From Bacteroidota bacterium (lineage in GTDB: Bacteria; Bacteroidota; Bacteroidia; AKYH767-A; JABDAW01), in contig JABDAW010000003.1 in the NCBI GenBank assembly GCA_013288905.1, forward strand, positions 1-52,679: a stretch of 52,679 bases of DNA. The letters are read 5' to 3'. Positions 17,170 through 25,720 of the stretch are shown here, piece after piece. Position 1 is the stretch's first letter; each line of letters opens with the position of its first letter. The translations under genes and the position numbers were made by a program. The notes beneath the pieces were generated by a model. It was not told the DNA's origin, did no database searches, and was given only the letters and a program-made list of their open reading frames with translations.

Positions 17170-17194
17170 GCAAGGTAAATTATAAAGATAAATC

Positions 17195-17962
17195 ATGCAA
17201 AAGATAATTTCATATAATGTCAATGGCATCCGTTCGGCACTATCAAAAGGATGGTTAGACTGGCTCCAGATGGTAAATCCAGACATCGTCTGCCTCCAGG
17301 AAATAAAGGCGCATCCCGAACAATTAGACCTTACGCTCTTTGAAGAAAGAGGATATAAACATTTCTGGTTTCCTGCCCAAAAGAAAGGCTATAGTGGCAC
17401 AGCCATCCTTTCTAAACATGAACCCGATCATGTGGAATATGGTTGCGGAATCAAGGAATCTGACTTTGAAGGCAGGATCATCAGAGCAGATTATGGAGAT
17501 GTATCCGTGATGAGTGTCTATATGCCATCAGGAACTACCGGTGATATTCGTCAGACTTTTAAATACAAATGGTTGGACGATTTTCAGAATTACATTAATG
17601 AATTAAGAGTAACCCGCCCCAACCTGATTATTGCAGGAGATTATAATATTTGTCATAAGCCGATAGACATTCACAACCCTGTTTCCAATGCCAATTCATC
17701 CGGCTTCCTGCCAGAGGAAAGAGCATGGCTGGAGGGCTTTGTCAATAGCGGATTCATTGACTCTTTCAGGCATTTCAACAAGGAGCCACACAACTATACA
17801 TGGTGGAGTTTTCGAGCAGGTTCACGCGATAAGAATCTGGGCTGGAGAATAGATTATCTTATGGTTTCTGATCCTTTGGAAAGCCGTTTGAAAAGAGCTG
17901 TAATCCTTCAAGAGGCAAGACATTCGGATCATTGTCCGGTATTGATCGAAGTAGATTTTTAA
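17195..17962 (+). CDS. xth: exodeoxyribonuclease III
   Basis: EEP-family AP endonuclease motifs (NVNGIR, CLQE, SDHCP). Confidence 0.9.
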   Translation: MQKIISYNVNGIRSALSKGWLDWLQMVNPDIVCLQEIKAHPEQLDLTLFEERGYKHFWFPAQKKGYSGTAILSKHEPDHVEYGCGIKESDFEGRIIRADYGDVSVMSVYMPSGTTGDIRQTFKYKWLDDFQNYINELRVTRPNLIIAGDYNICHKPIDIHNPVSNANSSGFLPEERAWLEGFVNSGFIDSFRHFNKEPHNYTWWSFRAGSRDKNLGWRIDYLMVSDPLESRLKRAVILQEARHSDHCPVLIEVDF

Positions 17963-17982
17963 GGTCTGAGGACTCAATACTT

Positions 17983-18045
17983 TCAACACTAAGTTCACTA
18001 AGATTCACTAAGTGTTTCTTCATGAACTTAGTGTCTTAGTGTTGA
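17983..18045. terminator. hairpin built from CACTAAG repeats between convergent genes
   Basis: TCAACACTAAG at 17983-17993 pairs with CTTAGTGTTGA at 18035-18045, with inner CACTAAGTTC/GAACTTAGTG pairing. Overlaps the last codons of the pepP-like gene. Confidence 0.55.
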
Positions 18046-19439
18046 ATTTTAAATATACTATTCTCCTTCATCAATGCCTCAATCACTTCAATGGTTCTCG
18101 GGGCTTTAGCAGATAATACTTCACATCCATTATCAGTGATCAAAACATCATCTTCAATACGAACGCCGATATTCCACCATTTCGGATCGCAATCAGAGCC
18201 TTCTGGAATATAAATTCCAGGTTCAACAGTAATAACATTCCCAGAAACAAGTTCATAGGAAGTCTGAACATCATGTACGTCCAAGCCCAAATGGTGGGAG
18301 GTTCCATGCATGAAGTATTTAGAAACATCGTCTTCACTTTTGATAATTCCCAATTCCTTTAGGCCTTCGGCAATAATCTTCTTGGCAGCTTTATTAGGCT
18401 CAAAAAAAGATGCTCCTGGTTTACACAATTTAATCCCTTCAGCCTGAGCTTTAAAAACAAGATTGTAAATAGCTTTCTGCTCCTCGGAGAACTTCCCATT
18501 AACAGGCATAGACCTTGTAACATCGGCAGAATATCCATGATATTCAGCACCAATATCAACAACCATCATGTCCTTATCATTCAACTTCTTTCTATTGGAT
18601 TCATAATGAAGAATGCAAGAGTTCTCGCCACCTCCGCATATCGAAGGAAATCCAACATACTCCGAGCCATTCCACTTAAATTCAAACTCCAGTATTGATT
18701 GAACCTGGTATTCATACATGCCTGGCACAATGGATTTCATCACTTCCTTTTCAGCATCACAAGTCATATCAATAGCCTTTCGCATCAAGGTCAATTCTTC
18801 CTTTTGCTTAATCATTCTTAGTTTCGCCATATCTTCAAATAACTCGAAGGGATCTTCCTTATCTCCATCATATTTCTTTTTGAATTGATCAACCAAAGAA
18901 TATAAATCTGCCTTGCTGCCATGCTCATGAACAGCACCTTGAGGAAATTTCAGATGTAATATCTTATCAAACTTCTTGAAGTCCAACTTCAAATCATCAA
19001 AATCAGTATTCAGCATTCCTGTTTTAATTCCTAACACAGGAGTAACTCCATCTTTTCCTAATCGTCTTCCAGTCCATACTTCCTTGCCTGGATCTTTATC
19101 TTCAATGAAAAGAATTTCATTAGTCTTAATCCCTCCGATATTTTGCTCTTCTTTAAAAATTATCAACATCGAATTCTCTTCCACAAATCCAGTTAGATAA
19201 TAGAAATCCGGCTCCTGATGAAAGGTATAATCATCATCCCCGGAACGATTCCTGACTGGAGCCGAAAAGAAAACGGCGACAGATTTATCTGGCAGCATTT
19301 TCCTTAAAGCCTCTCTCCTTCCCTTGTGAAATTCTTTTGGAAGCAGGTCGGTATCATATCTGTAATACTTGTATTTCTGAGCAGAAATATTTCCTGAAGA
19401 ATAAAGAACGACGATAAACAAATAAATAAACAATCTCAT
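18036..19439 (-). CDS. Xaa-Pro aminopeptidase (M24B) with signal peptide
   Basis: Aminopeptidase P N-terminal domain plus M24 pita-bread domain (HGTSHHLGLDVHD, EPGIY). Confidence 0.85.
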   Translation of the reverse strand: MRLFIYLFIVVLYSSGNISAQKYKYYRYDTDLLPKEFHKGRREALRKMLPDKSVAVFFSAPVRNRSGDDDYTFHQEPDFYYLTGFVEENSMLIIFKEEQNIGGIKTNEILFIEDKDPGKEVWTGRRLGKDGVTPVLGIKTGMLNTDFDDLKLDFKKFDKILHLKFPQGAVHEHGSKADLYSLVDQFKKKYDGDKEDPFELFEDMAKLRMIKQKEELTLMRKAIDMTCDAEKEVMKSIVPGMYEYQVQSILEFEFKWNGSEYVGFPSICGGGENSCILHYESNRKKLNDKDMMVVDIGAEYHGYSADVTRSMPVNGKFSEEQKAIYNLVFKAQAEGIKLCKPGASFFEPNKAAKKIIAEGLKELGIIKSEDDVSKYFMHGTSHHLGLDVHDVQTSYELVSGNVITVEPGIYIPEGSDCDPKWWNIGVRIEDDVLITDNGCEVLSAKAPRTIEVIEALMKENSIFKIQH

Positions 19440-19522
19440 AGTATAGGATTTTTATAAGGCTCAAAAATACATATTAGAACAAATATATTATTAGGAAGTT
19501 ATTCATCCTAAAGTTACTAAAT

Positions 19523-19554
19523 AAAAAAACCGGGCAAACATTTAGTTCGCCCGG
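19523..19554 (-). terminator. rho-independent terminator of rpmB
   Basis: Minus strand reads CCGGGCGAAC...GTTTGCCCGG hairpin followed by TTTTTTT. Confidence 0.7.
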
Positions 19555-19594
19555 AATTCTATTTGGTTTAGCTCAAGTTTAAAAAACCCCTGAA

Positions 19595-19831
19595 CTATTT
19601 TAGATAACCTTGTTTTTCAATAATATCTAAAACTGCACTAATCCCTTTCTTGTTGATAGTTCTTAATGCCCCGGTAGATACTTTCAGAGTAATCCATTCT
19701 TCCGTTTCAGGAATATAGAATTTTTTAACCTTCAAATTCGGTTTAAATCTCCTCAAAGTTTTACTGTTAGAGTGAGATACTTTGTTGCCCTTCATGGCTT
19801 TTTTTCCTGTTAAGTCGCAGATATTTGACAT
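19595..19831 (-). CDS. rpmB: 50S ribosomal protein L28
   Basis: MSNICDLTGKKAMKGNKVSHSN... is a canonical L28. Confidence 0.95.
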   Translation of the reverse strand: MSNICDLTGKKAMKGNKVSHSNSKTLRRFKPNLKVKKFYIPETEEWITLKVSTGALRTINKKGISAVLDIIEKQGYLK

Positions 19832-19996
19832 CGTATTTATGTATTATTTTTTTGTTTGAGGGCGCAAATATATATAAATTATTTATAATCGCATCATCTG
19901 ATTAATAAATCTTGTTGTTACCGCCTCGATAATATCCCATTTAATGAACCTAAAAGGTAATCCTATCAGGCGTCAAAGTTCTCACCAAAAATAGTT

Positions 19997-20004
19997 TAAT
20001 TTTG
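19997..20004 (+). promoter_or_regulatory. -7 promoter box TAATTTTG
   Basis: 25 bp upstream of the aroK ATG. Confidence 0.5.
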
Positions 20005-20028
20005 CCACGCTAAATTTAAAAATACGAT

Positions 20029-20550
20029 ATGAGAATTTATTTAATCGGATATATGGGTAGTGGCAAGTCCTCTCGGGGAGCCGAACTTGCAGCCAAACTT
20101 GGATTTACCTTTATTGATCTGGACGCCATGATTGAAAAGGAGGCTAAAAAAACTATTTCTGAAATTTTCAATGATAGTGGCGAACAAGTTTTCCGTGAAT
20201 TGGAAAGGACAGCCCTAAGAAAAACTTTTAAAAAGAATAATATTGTGGTGGCTACCGGTGGTGGAACTCCTTGTTTTTTTGATAATCTTAAGGAGATGCG
20301 CGAACATGGAACTACAATTTACCTTAAAGCAAGTAATGGGTTATTATTTCATCGATTAGCTTTAAGTAAAGAAGAAAGACCTCTTCTCAAGGATTTGAAA
20401 GATGTCGAATTGGTGCTTCAGATAAAAGACCAAATGGCTTTTAGGGAGCCTTTTTATGAGAAGGCGAATTATGAAATAGAGGCATTAGATCTTAAAGCTA
20501 ATGATCTTGTAAAGCTGCTTCGAAGAGAACTAAAAGTTGCTAAAGTTTGA
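20029..20550 (+). CDS. aroK: shikimate kinase
   Basis: GYMGSGKS P-loop. Shikimate kinase length and motifs. Confidence 0.9.
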   Translation: MRIYLIGYMGSGKSSRGAELAAKLGFTFIDLDAMIEKEAKKTISEIFNDSGEQVFRELERTALRKTFKKNNIVVATGGGTPCFFDNLKEMREHGTTIYLKASNGLLFHRLALSKEERPLLKDLKDVELVLQIKDQMAFREPFYEKANYEIEALDLKANDLVKLLRRELKVAKV

Positions 20551-20654
20551 ATTATTTTTCCATAGAGCATTCAAGGAATGACATATCACCTAATCTCAAA
20601 TTCCATGATAATGTTTAAAATTGCAGCCATGAAATTAATAGAAACAATTCAGTA

Positions 20655-21386
20655 ATGTTTGCACTGTTAAAAAAGGAGATTGGAAGTTTTCTTAATTCAT
20701 TAATAGGCTATATCGTTATCCTTGTTTTCCTTATCAGCATTGGGTTGTTGATATGGGTATTCTCGACTAATTATAATATATTGGATAATGGTTATGCCAA
20801 CTTCGACAGTCTCTTTTACGTGGCTCCGATATTCTATTTGTTTCTGATTCCTGCCATCACCATGCGTTCTTTTGCTGAAGAAAAGAACAAAGGAACGATT
20901 GAATTATTATTCACTCGCCCTCTTAGTGATTTGCAAATAATTATGGCTAAATACTTTGCTGGATTGATACTTGTTTTCTTCTCCATTATTCCAACCTTGA
21001 TTTATTATTTCACCATCAAAGCTCTCGCCAAACCTCCTGTAGATATTGATACCGGTGGCATGTGGGGTTCCTATATCGGATTGTTATTTCTTGGGTCAGG
21101 CTTTGTTGCTATTGGGATATTTTCTTCTGCCATCACCGACAATCAAATCATATCATTTATTACTGCACTCTTCCTTTGTGGATTCTTTTTCCTGGGATTT
21201 GAATTCCTTGGCTCCTTCGAATTGTTTGGCAAGGCAGATAATATCATCCAGCAAATAGGTATCAAAGCCCACTATCTATCCATGAGTCGGGGTGTATTAG
21301 ATACAAGAGATTTGTTATATTTTATAACCCTTGTTGCATTCTTTATTATCTGCACCAAGACGGTTTTGCAGTCAAGGAAATGGTAG
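20655..21386 (+). CDS. gldF: gliding motility-associated ABC transporter permease GldF
   Basis: ABC-2 type permease, immediately upstream of gldG. Confidence 0.8.
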   Translation: MFALLKKEIGSFLNSLIGYIVILVFLISIGLLIWVFSTNYNILDNGYANFDSLFYVAPIFYLFLIPAITMRSFAEEKNKGTIELLFTRPLSDLQIIMAKYFAGLILVFFSIIPTLIYYFTIKALAKPPVDIDTGGMWGSYIGLLFLGSGFVAIGIFSSAITDNQIISFITALFLCGFFFLGFEFLGSFELFGKADNIIQQIGIKAHYLSMSRGVLDTRDLLYFITLVAFFIICTKTVLQSRKW

Positions 21387-21431
21387 TTCAGGGAATTATA
21401 AATGATGAATTATAAATTATAAATTTATAGG

Positions 21432-23141
21432 ATGGAAAAGGTTATTAAGAAGAGAAGCCGCAGGAGTCAGGACTTGTTTCAATTGTTTTTGAGTTTGGGG
21501 ATTGTTATCTTTATTAATATAATTTCTACATTCGTTTTTACTCGTTTTGATTTGACTTCAGAGAAGCGATATACGCTCTCGCCTGCCACCAAGGACTTGT
21601 TGAAGAAGCTGGATGATGTAGTATATGTCAGGGTTTATCTGGATGGCGATTTTCCGGCGGCATTCAAACGTTTAAAGAATGCTTCCAAAGAAATGCTCGA
21701 TGAATTCAGGGCTTATGCGGGTGATAATCTTCAATATGAATTCATCAATCCGAATGCCAACAATGACCCAAAGGAAAGAGATAAATTATATAAGCAATTG
21801 ATGGAAGATGGCTTGCAGCCTACTGATTTGAATACTAATGAAAAAGGCAGCAAGTCTGTTCAACGAATATTCCCCGCCGCATTGTTCACTTATAAATCCA
21901 ATGTCAGGAAGTTCCCTGTTCAGATATTGCAAACAAGGTTAATCGGCTCTCCTGAAGAGTTGTTGAATAATTCTATAGAAGCCCTCGAATATCAATTTGC
22001 AAAAGCCATAAAGCAACTCACGGTTATCAATAAACCAAAGATCGCTTTCATTGATGGACAGGGCGAATTGGATACCTTGACGACTTATGATATCAGCCGT
22101 TATCTTGAAGATTTTTATGTGGTGGATCGCGTAACTATTGATGGTCAGATCCATAGTCTGAAGGATTATAAAGCCATCATCATTGCCAAACCTGATTCGG
22201 CATTCAATGAAAAGGATAAATTCGTCATTGATCAATACATCATGCATGGCGGTAAAGTTCTTTGGCTGTTAGACAGGATGCGAGCTTCGATGGATAGCCT
22301 CAATGGCAAGCCACAGACGGTTTCCATTGATATGAATTTGAACCTGGAAGACCAGCTTTTTCATTATGGAGTGAAGATTAATCCTACTTTGATTCAAGAC
22401 TTGAGTTGTGCCCCTATCCCTGTCATTACCGGGAGAATCGGTTCTCGCGACAAGACCGAACTGGAGCCTTGGTATTACTATCCCCTTTCCTTCCCGATCA
22501 TTAATCATCCGATAGTGAATAATCTCAATGGGGTTAAGTTTGAATTCGCCAGTACCATTGATACCGTGAGGGTTCCTGATGTCAGGAAAACCGTCTTATT
22601 GTCTTCTTCCGAATTTGCAAAGGTGCTTTATACCCCCGTTCTTATCAGCTTGAATATTATGCGTGATAAACCCGACCCGAAGCTCTATACCGACCGATTC
22701 AAGCCTCTTGCAGTGCTTCTGGAAGGTGAATTCACTTCCAATTATAAGAATAGAATTCCAAAGACTATCGCCCAAGATTCCGCCATTGATTATAAGGCTC
22801 GAAGCGTCCCTAACAAGATGATTGTGGTCTCTGATGGTGATATAATCCGCAATCACCTTGGCAAACAAAGGGGTTCGATAATTCCTTTGGGATATGATAT
22901 TAGTACCAAACAAACTTATGGCAACCGCGATTTTATTCTTAATTCAATAGATTATCTCTGCGATGATTCGGGCTTGATAACAGTACGATCCAAGGAATTA
23001 AAACTGCGATTATTAGATACTAATAAGGTAGATGACGAGCGCACCAAATGGCAATTAATCAACCTTATCGCTCCTGCTTTGTTTATAATTCTTTTTGGGG
23101 TAATCAGAAATTATCTAAGGAAGAGGAAATACGCAGTTTAA
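21432..23141 (+). CDS. gldG: gliding-associated ABC transporter auxiliary component GldG
   Basis: N- and C-terminal TM anchors flanking a large GldG-type domain. Confidence 0.8.
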   Translation: MEKVIKKRSRRSQDLFQLFLSLGIVIFINIISTFVFTRFDLTSEKRYTLSPATKDLLKKLDDVVYVRVYLDGDFPAAFKRLKNASKEMLDEFRAYAGDNLQYEFINPNANNDPKERDKLYKQLMEDGLQPTDLNTNEKGSKSVQRIFPAALFTYKSNVRKFPVQILQTRLIGSPEELLNNSIEALEYQFAKAIKQLTVINKPKIAFIDGQGELDTLTTYDISRYLEDFYVVDRVTIDGQIHSLKDYKAIIIAKPDSAFNEKDKFVIDQYIMHGGKVLWLLDRMRASMDSLNGKPQTVSIDMNLNLEDQLFHYGVKINPTLIQDLSCAPIPVITGRIGSRDKTELEPWYYYPLSFPIINHPIVNNLNGVKFEFASTIDTVRVPDVRKTVLLSSSEFAKVLYTPVLISLNIMRDKPDPKLYTDRFKPLAVLLEGEFTSNYKNRIPKTIAQDSAIDYKARSVPNKMIVVSDGDIIRNHLGKQRGSIIPLGYDISTKQTYGNRDFILNSIDYLCDDSGLITVRSKELKLRLLDTNKVDDERTKWQLINLIAPALFIILFGVIRNYLRKRKYAV

Positions 23142-23264
23142 AGTTTTTCTTTCACCGCCGCCAAATCGGGTAATTTTTGCACTGTTCACTATTCACTGTC
23201 TGTGTTTGTCCTAACCTGAAATAAATTTGCCAAACGTAATTCCTGATTTGTAATTTTTAATTCC

Positions 23265-23272
23265 TAATTTCG
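23265..23272 (+). promoter_or_regulatory. -7-like box TAATTTCG
   Basis: One-mismatch variant of TAnnTTTG, 11 nt upstream of tRNA-Arg. Confidence 0.35.
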
Positions 23273-23282
23273 CCCCCGCATT

Positions 23283-23356
23283 GGACCCGTAGTTCAACTG
23301 GATAGAATGACAGATTTCGGCTCTGTTGGTTGGGGGTTCGAATCCCTCCGGGTTCA
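23283..23356 (+). tRNA. tRNA-Arg (anticodon TCG)
   Basis: 74-nt cloverleaf. Acceptor GGACCCG/CGGGTTC, anticodon stem ACAGA/TCTGT with loop TTTCGGC, T-loop TTCGAAT. Confidence 0.85.
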
Positions 23357-23395
23357 CAAATCAATTAGGAATTAGGAATTAAAAATTAGGGCTTA

Positions 23396-23533
23396 AGTAA
23401 GTTTTTAATGGAAAAGAAGAATGATAAATTCAACACAGAGAAACAGAGATACACAGAGTTTCACAGAGAAAAATAAGACTCTGTGTATCTCTGTTTCTCT
23501 GTGTTGAAAAAAAGCTTCCATTAAAAACTTACT
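23396..23533. repeat. 138-nt compound hairpin (18-bp outer stem plus perfect 28-bp inner stem)
   Basis: AGTAAGTTTTTAATGGAA at 23396-23413 pairs with 23516-23533. CAACACAGAGAAACAGAGATACACAGAG at 23431-23458 pairs with 23479-23506. Confidence 0.9.
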
Positions 23534-23599
23534 ATAGCCAAAATTAGGAATTAAGTTGTTATATTATTCCTAATTCCTAATTTTTAATTCCTAATTGAC

Positions 23600-24310
23600 T
23601 TAATAGCTCGGCTTGCCATCAGAGCGATAAAGAATCTCGACACTGTCCGAATAATCGCCAATCTCCTTGTCGTGAATGACCCCGATGAGCATGATGGAAA
23701 TTGGAATCCCGACATTTTTTGTGTTTATCGGCAGCTCAAATTCAAAAGTCGCCGAGCCCATTCTTTCCCCTATCACATAGCCTTTGCTCTTGCCTATTTT
23801 CAAATATATCTGATGATTCTTGACATCAATAACCGATGTAATGATTTTGATTTTCTTCCCTCTCACAATAACTTTTATCGTCGGTTTATACTTGTCTTTT
23901 TTGAAATTAATTTCAGCCCCGTAGAACATTAATGCAAGCCCGATACCTTCTAAATAATTACCATGCCTCATTAATATACCTCGCAGCTCGCTGATGAATC
24001 CAAAGATATTTGACGGCACCAGTTCGGGGTCCAATCCAAAGTCAGAAAGCTTCGGCAGCACGCTCATATTCTTCCCCGATTTCCCTTCATTTAATTCATT
24101 AAAATAACTGTTGAAAGCCTTCATAAACGAAGCCATATTTTTCTTGTTCTTTACAAAATACTGATAGATCAGGTTGCACTTATGCACTAAATCCAGGTCA
24201 TCTTGTTTGATGTTCAAATCATCTTTATAATGGATTAAATTTTGATCCAAATGCTCCAAAAACTTTGCTCTTGCGGGTATGCTGCGAGGCATCCAATTCC
24301 TTCTTGCCAT
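23600..24310 (-). CDS. hypothetical protein (236 aa)
   Basis: ORF with ATG start. No family recognised. Confidence 0.55.
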   Translation of the reverse strand: MARRNWMPRSIPARAKFLEHLDQNLIHYKDDLNIKQDDLDLVHKCNLIYQYFVKNKKNMASFMKAFNSYFNELNEGKSGKNMSVLPKLSDFGLDPELVPSNIFGFISELRGILMRHGNYLEGIGLALMFYGAEINFKKDKYKPTIKVIVRGKKIKIITSVIDVKNHQIYLKIGKSKGYVIGERMGSATFEFELPINTKNVGIPISIMLIGVIHDKEIGDYSDSVEILYRSDGKPSY

Positions 24311-24324
24311 TGCTTAATTTCTTA

Positions 24325-24699
24325 TTAAATAGCTCCTGAAAGCTGCTCTTTTATGGTGAATATCTCGGTAAAAATCATCTGCCCAGAACACTCGGGCAGA
24401 AGAATTTGCTGCAGGACATAGTTGCCCCTGCTCTTAAACATACCTGGTCCTAACGTAGCGTCAGCTATTTTTGCTCTGATGTATGGTATAACCTGCTTCA
24501 GGGGAAGGTATGTTTCGCGACGTGACATACATGGTACTGCCACAGGATAAGCTATATCGGGGAGCAGCGTCATCTGCCCGAGTGTTCTGGGCAGACGCAT
24601 TTGGAGCACTAATTCCGCGCCTTTTCGGGCAATCTCCCGTTGTAATGACCCATTAATGGCTAAATATCCCGTCCAAAAAGGTGATTTTTTTGATACCAT
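24325..24699 (-). CDS. hypothetical ORF (124 aa), coding status doubtful
   Basis: Open frame ends 14 bp before the next gene, and a TATCTTTG box lies upstream. It is more GC-rich than its surroundings and contains a perfect 23-bp inverted-repeat pair. Confidence 0.35.
   Translation of the reverse strand: MVSKKSPFWTGYLAINGSLQREIARKGAELVLQMRLPRTLGQMTLLPDIAYPVAVPCMSRRETYLPLKQVIPYIRAKIADATLGPGMFKSRGNYVLQQILLPECSGQMIFTEIFTIKEQLSGAI
24378..24595. repeat. perfect 23-bp inverted repeats flanking a 172-bp segment
   Basis: TCTGCCCAGAACACTCGGGCAGA at 24378-24400 and its exact reverse complement at 24573-24595. Confidence 0.95.
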
Positions 24700-24756
24700 T
24701 AGTTCAAGAGATAAAGGAAAGATTTTTTAAGGTTCATTTTTTGCAATTCAATTCGG

Positions 24757-24764
24757 CAAAGATA
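24757..24764 (-). promoter_or_regulatory. -7 promoter box TATCTTTG
   Basis: Minus-strand TAnnTTTG match 58 bp upstream of the ATG at 24699. Confidence 0.4.
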
Positions 24765-24850
24765 TAAAACAGCGAGGCTTTGATTGCAGAATATCCTTGG
24801 CATAATGATTTCATCGAAGGATTTGGGCGAATGATAAATTGCATAAAATC

Positions 24851-24994
24851 CCAAATTCATTGCCGTTGGCTTCAGCCAACGGATAATTGATAAACACTCA
24901 ATTGGCTTTAGCCAAAAATAAATATTCTTTTGGCTAAAGCCAATTCCCTCATCCAACTTAATCCGTTGGCTGAAGCCAACGGCAATGAATTTGG
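24851..24994. repeat. nested cruciform palindrome (33-bp outer arms, 17-bp inner arms)
   Basis: 24851-24883 is the exact reverse complement of 24962-24994. 24901-24917 is the exact reverse complement of 24928-24944. Confidence 0.95.
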
Positions 24995-25144
24995 AATTTT
25001 GTACAATTTGTCATACATACATTCTGAATGATTTCCTACTTTCGCCCCATGCTATATTCAATTAAGAATTAGGAATTATGAATTACGATGCTTGGGGTAT
25101 TGATTAATAAAAGGAGATGGGGGTATTTTGAAAAATAGTAAACT

Positions 25145-25699
25145 ATGAGATTACTAAAGAATTTTTCTGATTGGAAAATTGAAAGAGATTTATACATCTC
25201 ATATAAACCTCTTAATTATGACAAGACTACATTTTCAAATGATGCTCTTTATGAAACTAATAATGAAGAATATGGTTTTTACTTTTATTCAAAAGAAGAA
25301 TTTGGTCTGTGTAAATTTCGTTGTAAACTCAAAATATTAAAAGACAAATTAAACCCTGTAATTATATATGATAGCAAGGAAATAATTTTTCATTGCTTTG
25401 TATCATTTAAAGAAAATTCATTCGAACCTGATTGGACAGATCATGGATTATTAGTTCTACGCCAAGTCGGATCCAATGAATATAGAGCTCCAGTCATCAT
25501 TATAAATTTAGAAAGATTAGAGTTTGTTTTATTTGATAAATTCTTTGTTGAACTTACCTTACATGATAATAATTCCATTACCATTGTTGAAACATTTGTT
25601 AATAAAGAAAGAGAGTTTGATAGGAAAGAAACGAATGAATATAATCTAAATGAACTTAGTTGGAATCCTTTGAGTAGCCTAACACAACCTAAACAATAA
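25145..25699 (+). CDS. hypothetical protein (184 aa)
   Basis: AT-rich ORF. No signal peptide. No family recognised. Confidence 0.45.
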   Translation: MRLLKNFSDWKIERDLYISYKPLNYDKTTFSNDALYETNNEEYGFYFYSKEEFGLCKFRCKLKILKDKLNPVIIYDSKEIIFHCFVSFKENSFEPDWTDHGLLVLRQVGSNEYRAPVIIINLERLEFVLFDKFFVELTLHDNNSITIVETFVNKEREFDRKETNEYNLNELSWNPLSSLTQPKQ

Positions 25700-25720
25700 A
25701 CATAATAAATACTATCAAAT

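Noticed and set aside
24325-24699. A known structured RNA (RNase P RNA, tmRNA, SRP RNA, cobalamin/TPP/SAM riboswitch, retron msr-msd) in the GC-richer segment.
   Set aside because: I could not find the diagnostic conserved motifs, such as GGAAAGTCCGG for RNase P or a tRNA-like end for tmRNA, on either strand. No reverse transcriptase gene is nearby. A covariance-model search is needed to be sure.
24699-24956. 85-aa ORF on the minus strand.
   Set aside because: It runs through the nested palindrome and its promoter-like spacer. The peptide (…WLKPTAMNLGF…) is the typical translation of this kind of repeat. It is almost certainly spurious.
10640-25700. A prophage, integrative element, DGR or retron in the tRNA-adjacent islets.
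   Set aside because: No integrase, recombinase, reverse transcriptase, capsid, terminase or transposase-like ORF is visible. I saw no duplicated tRNA 3' segment by eye.
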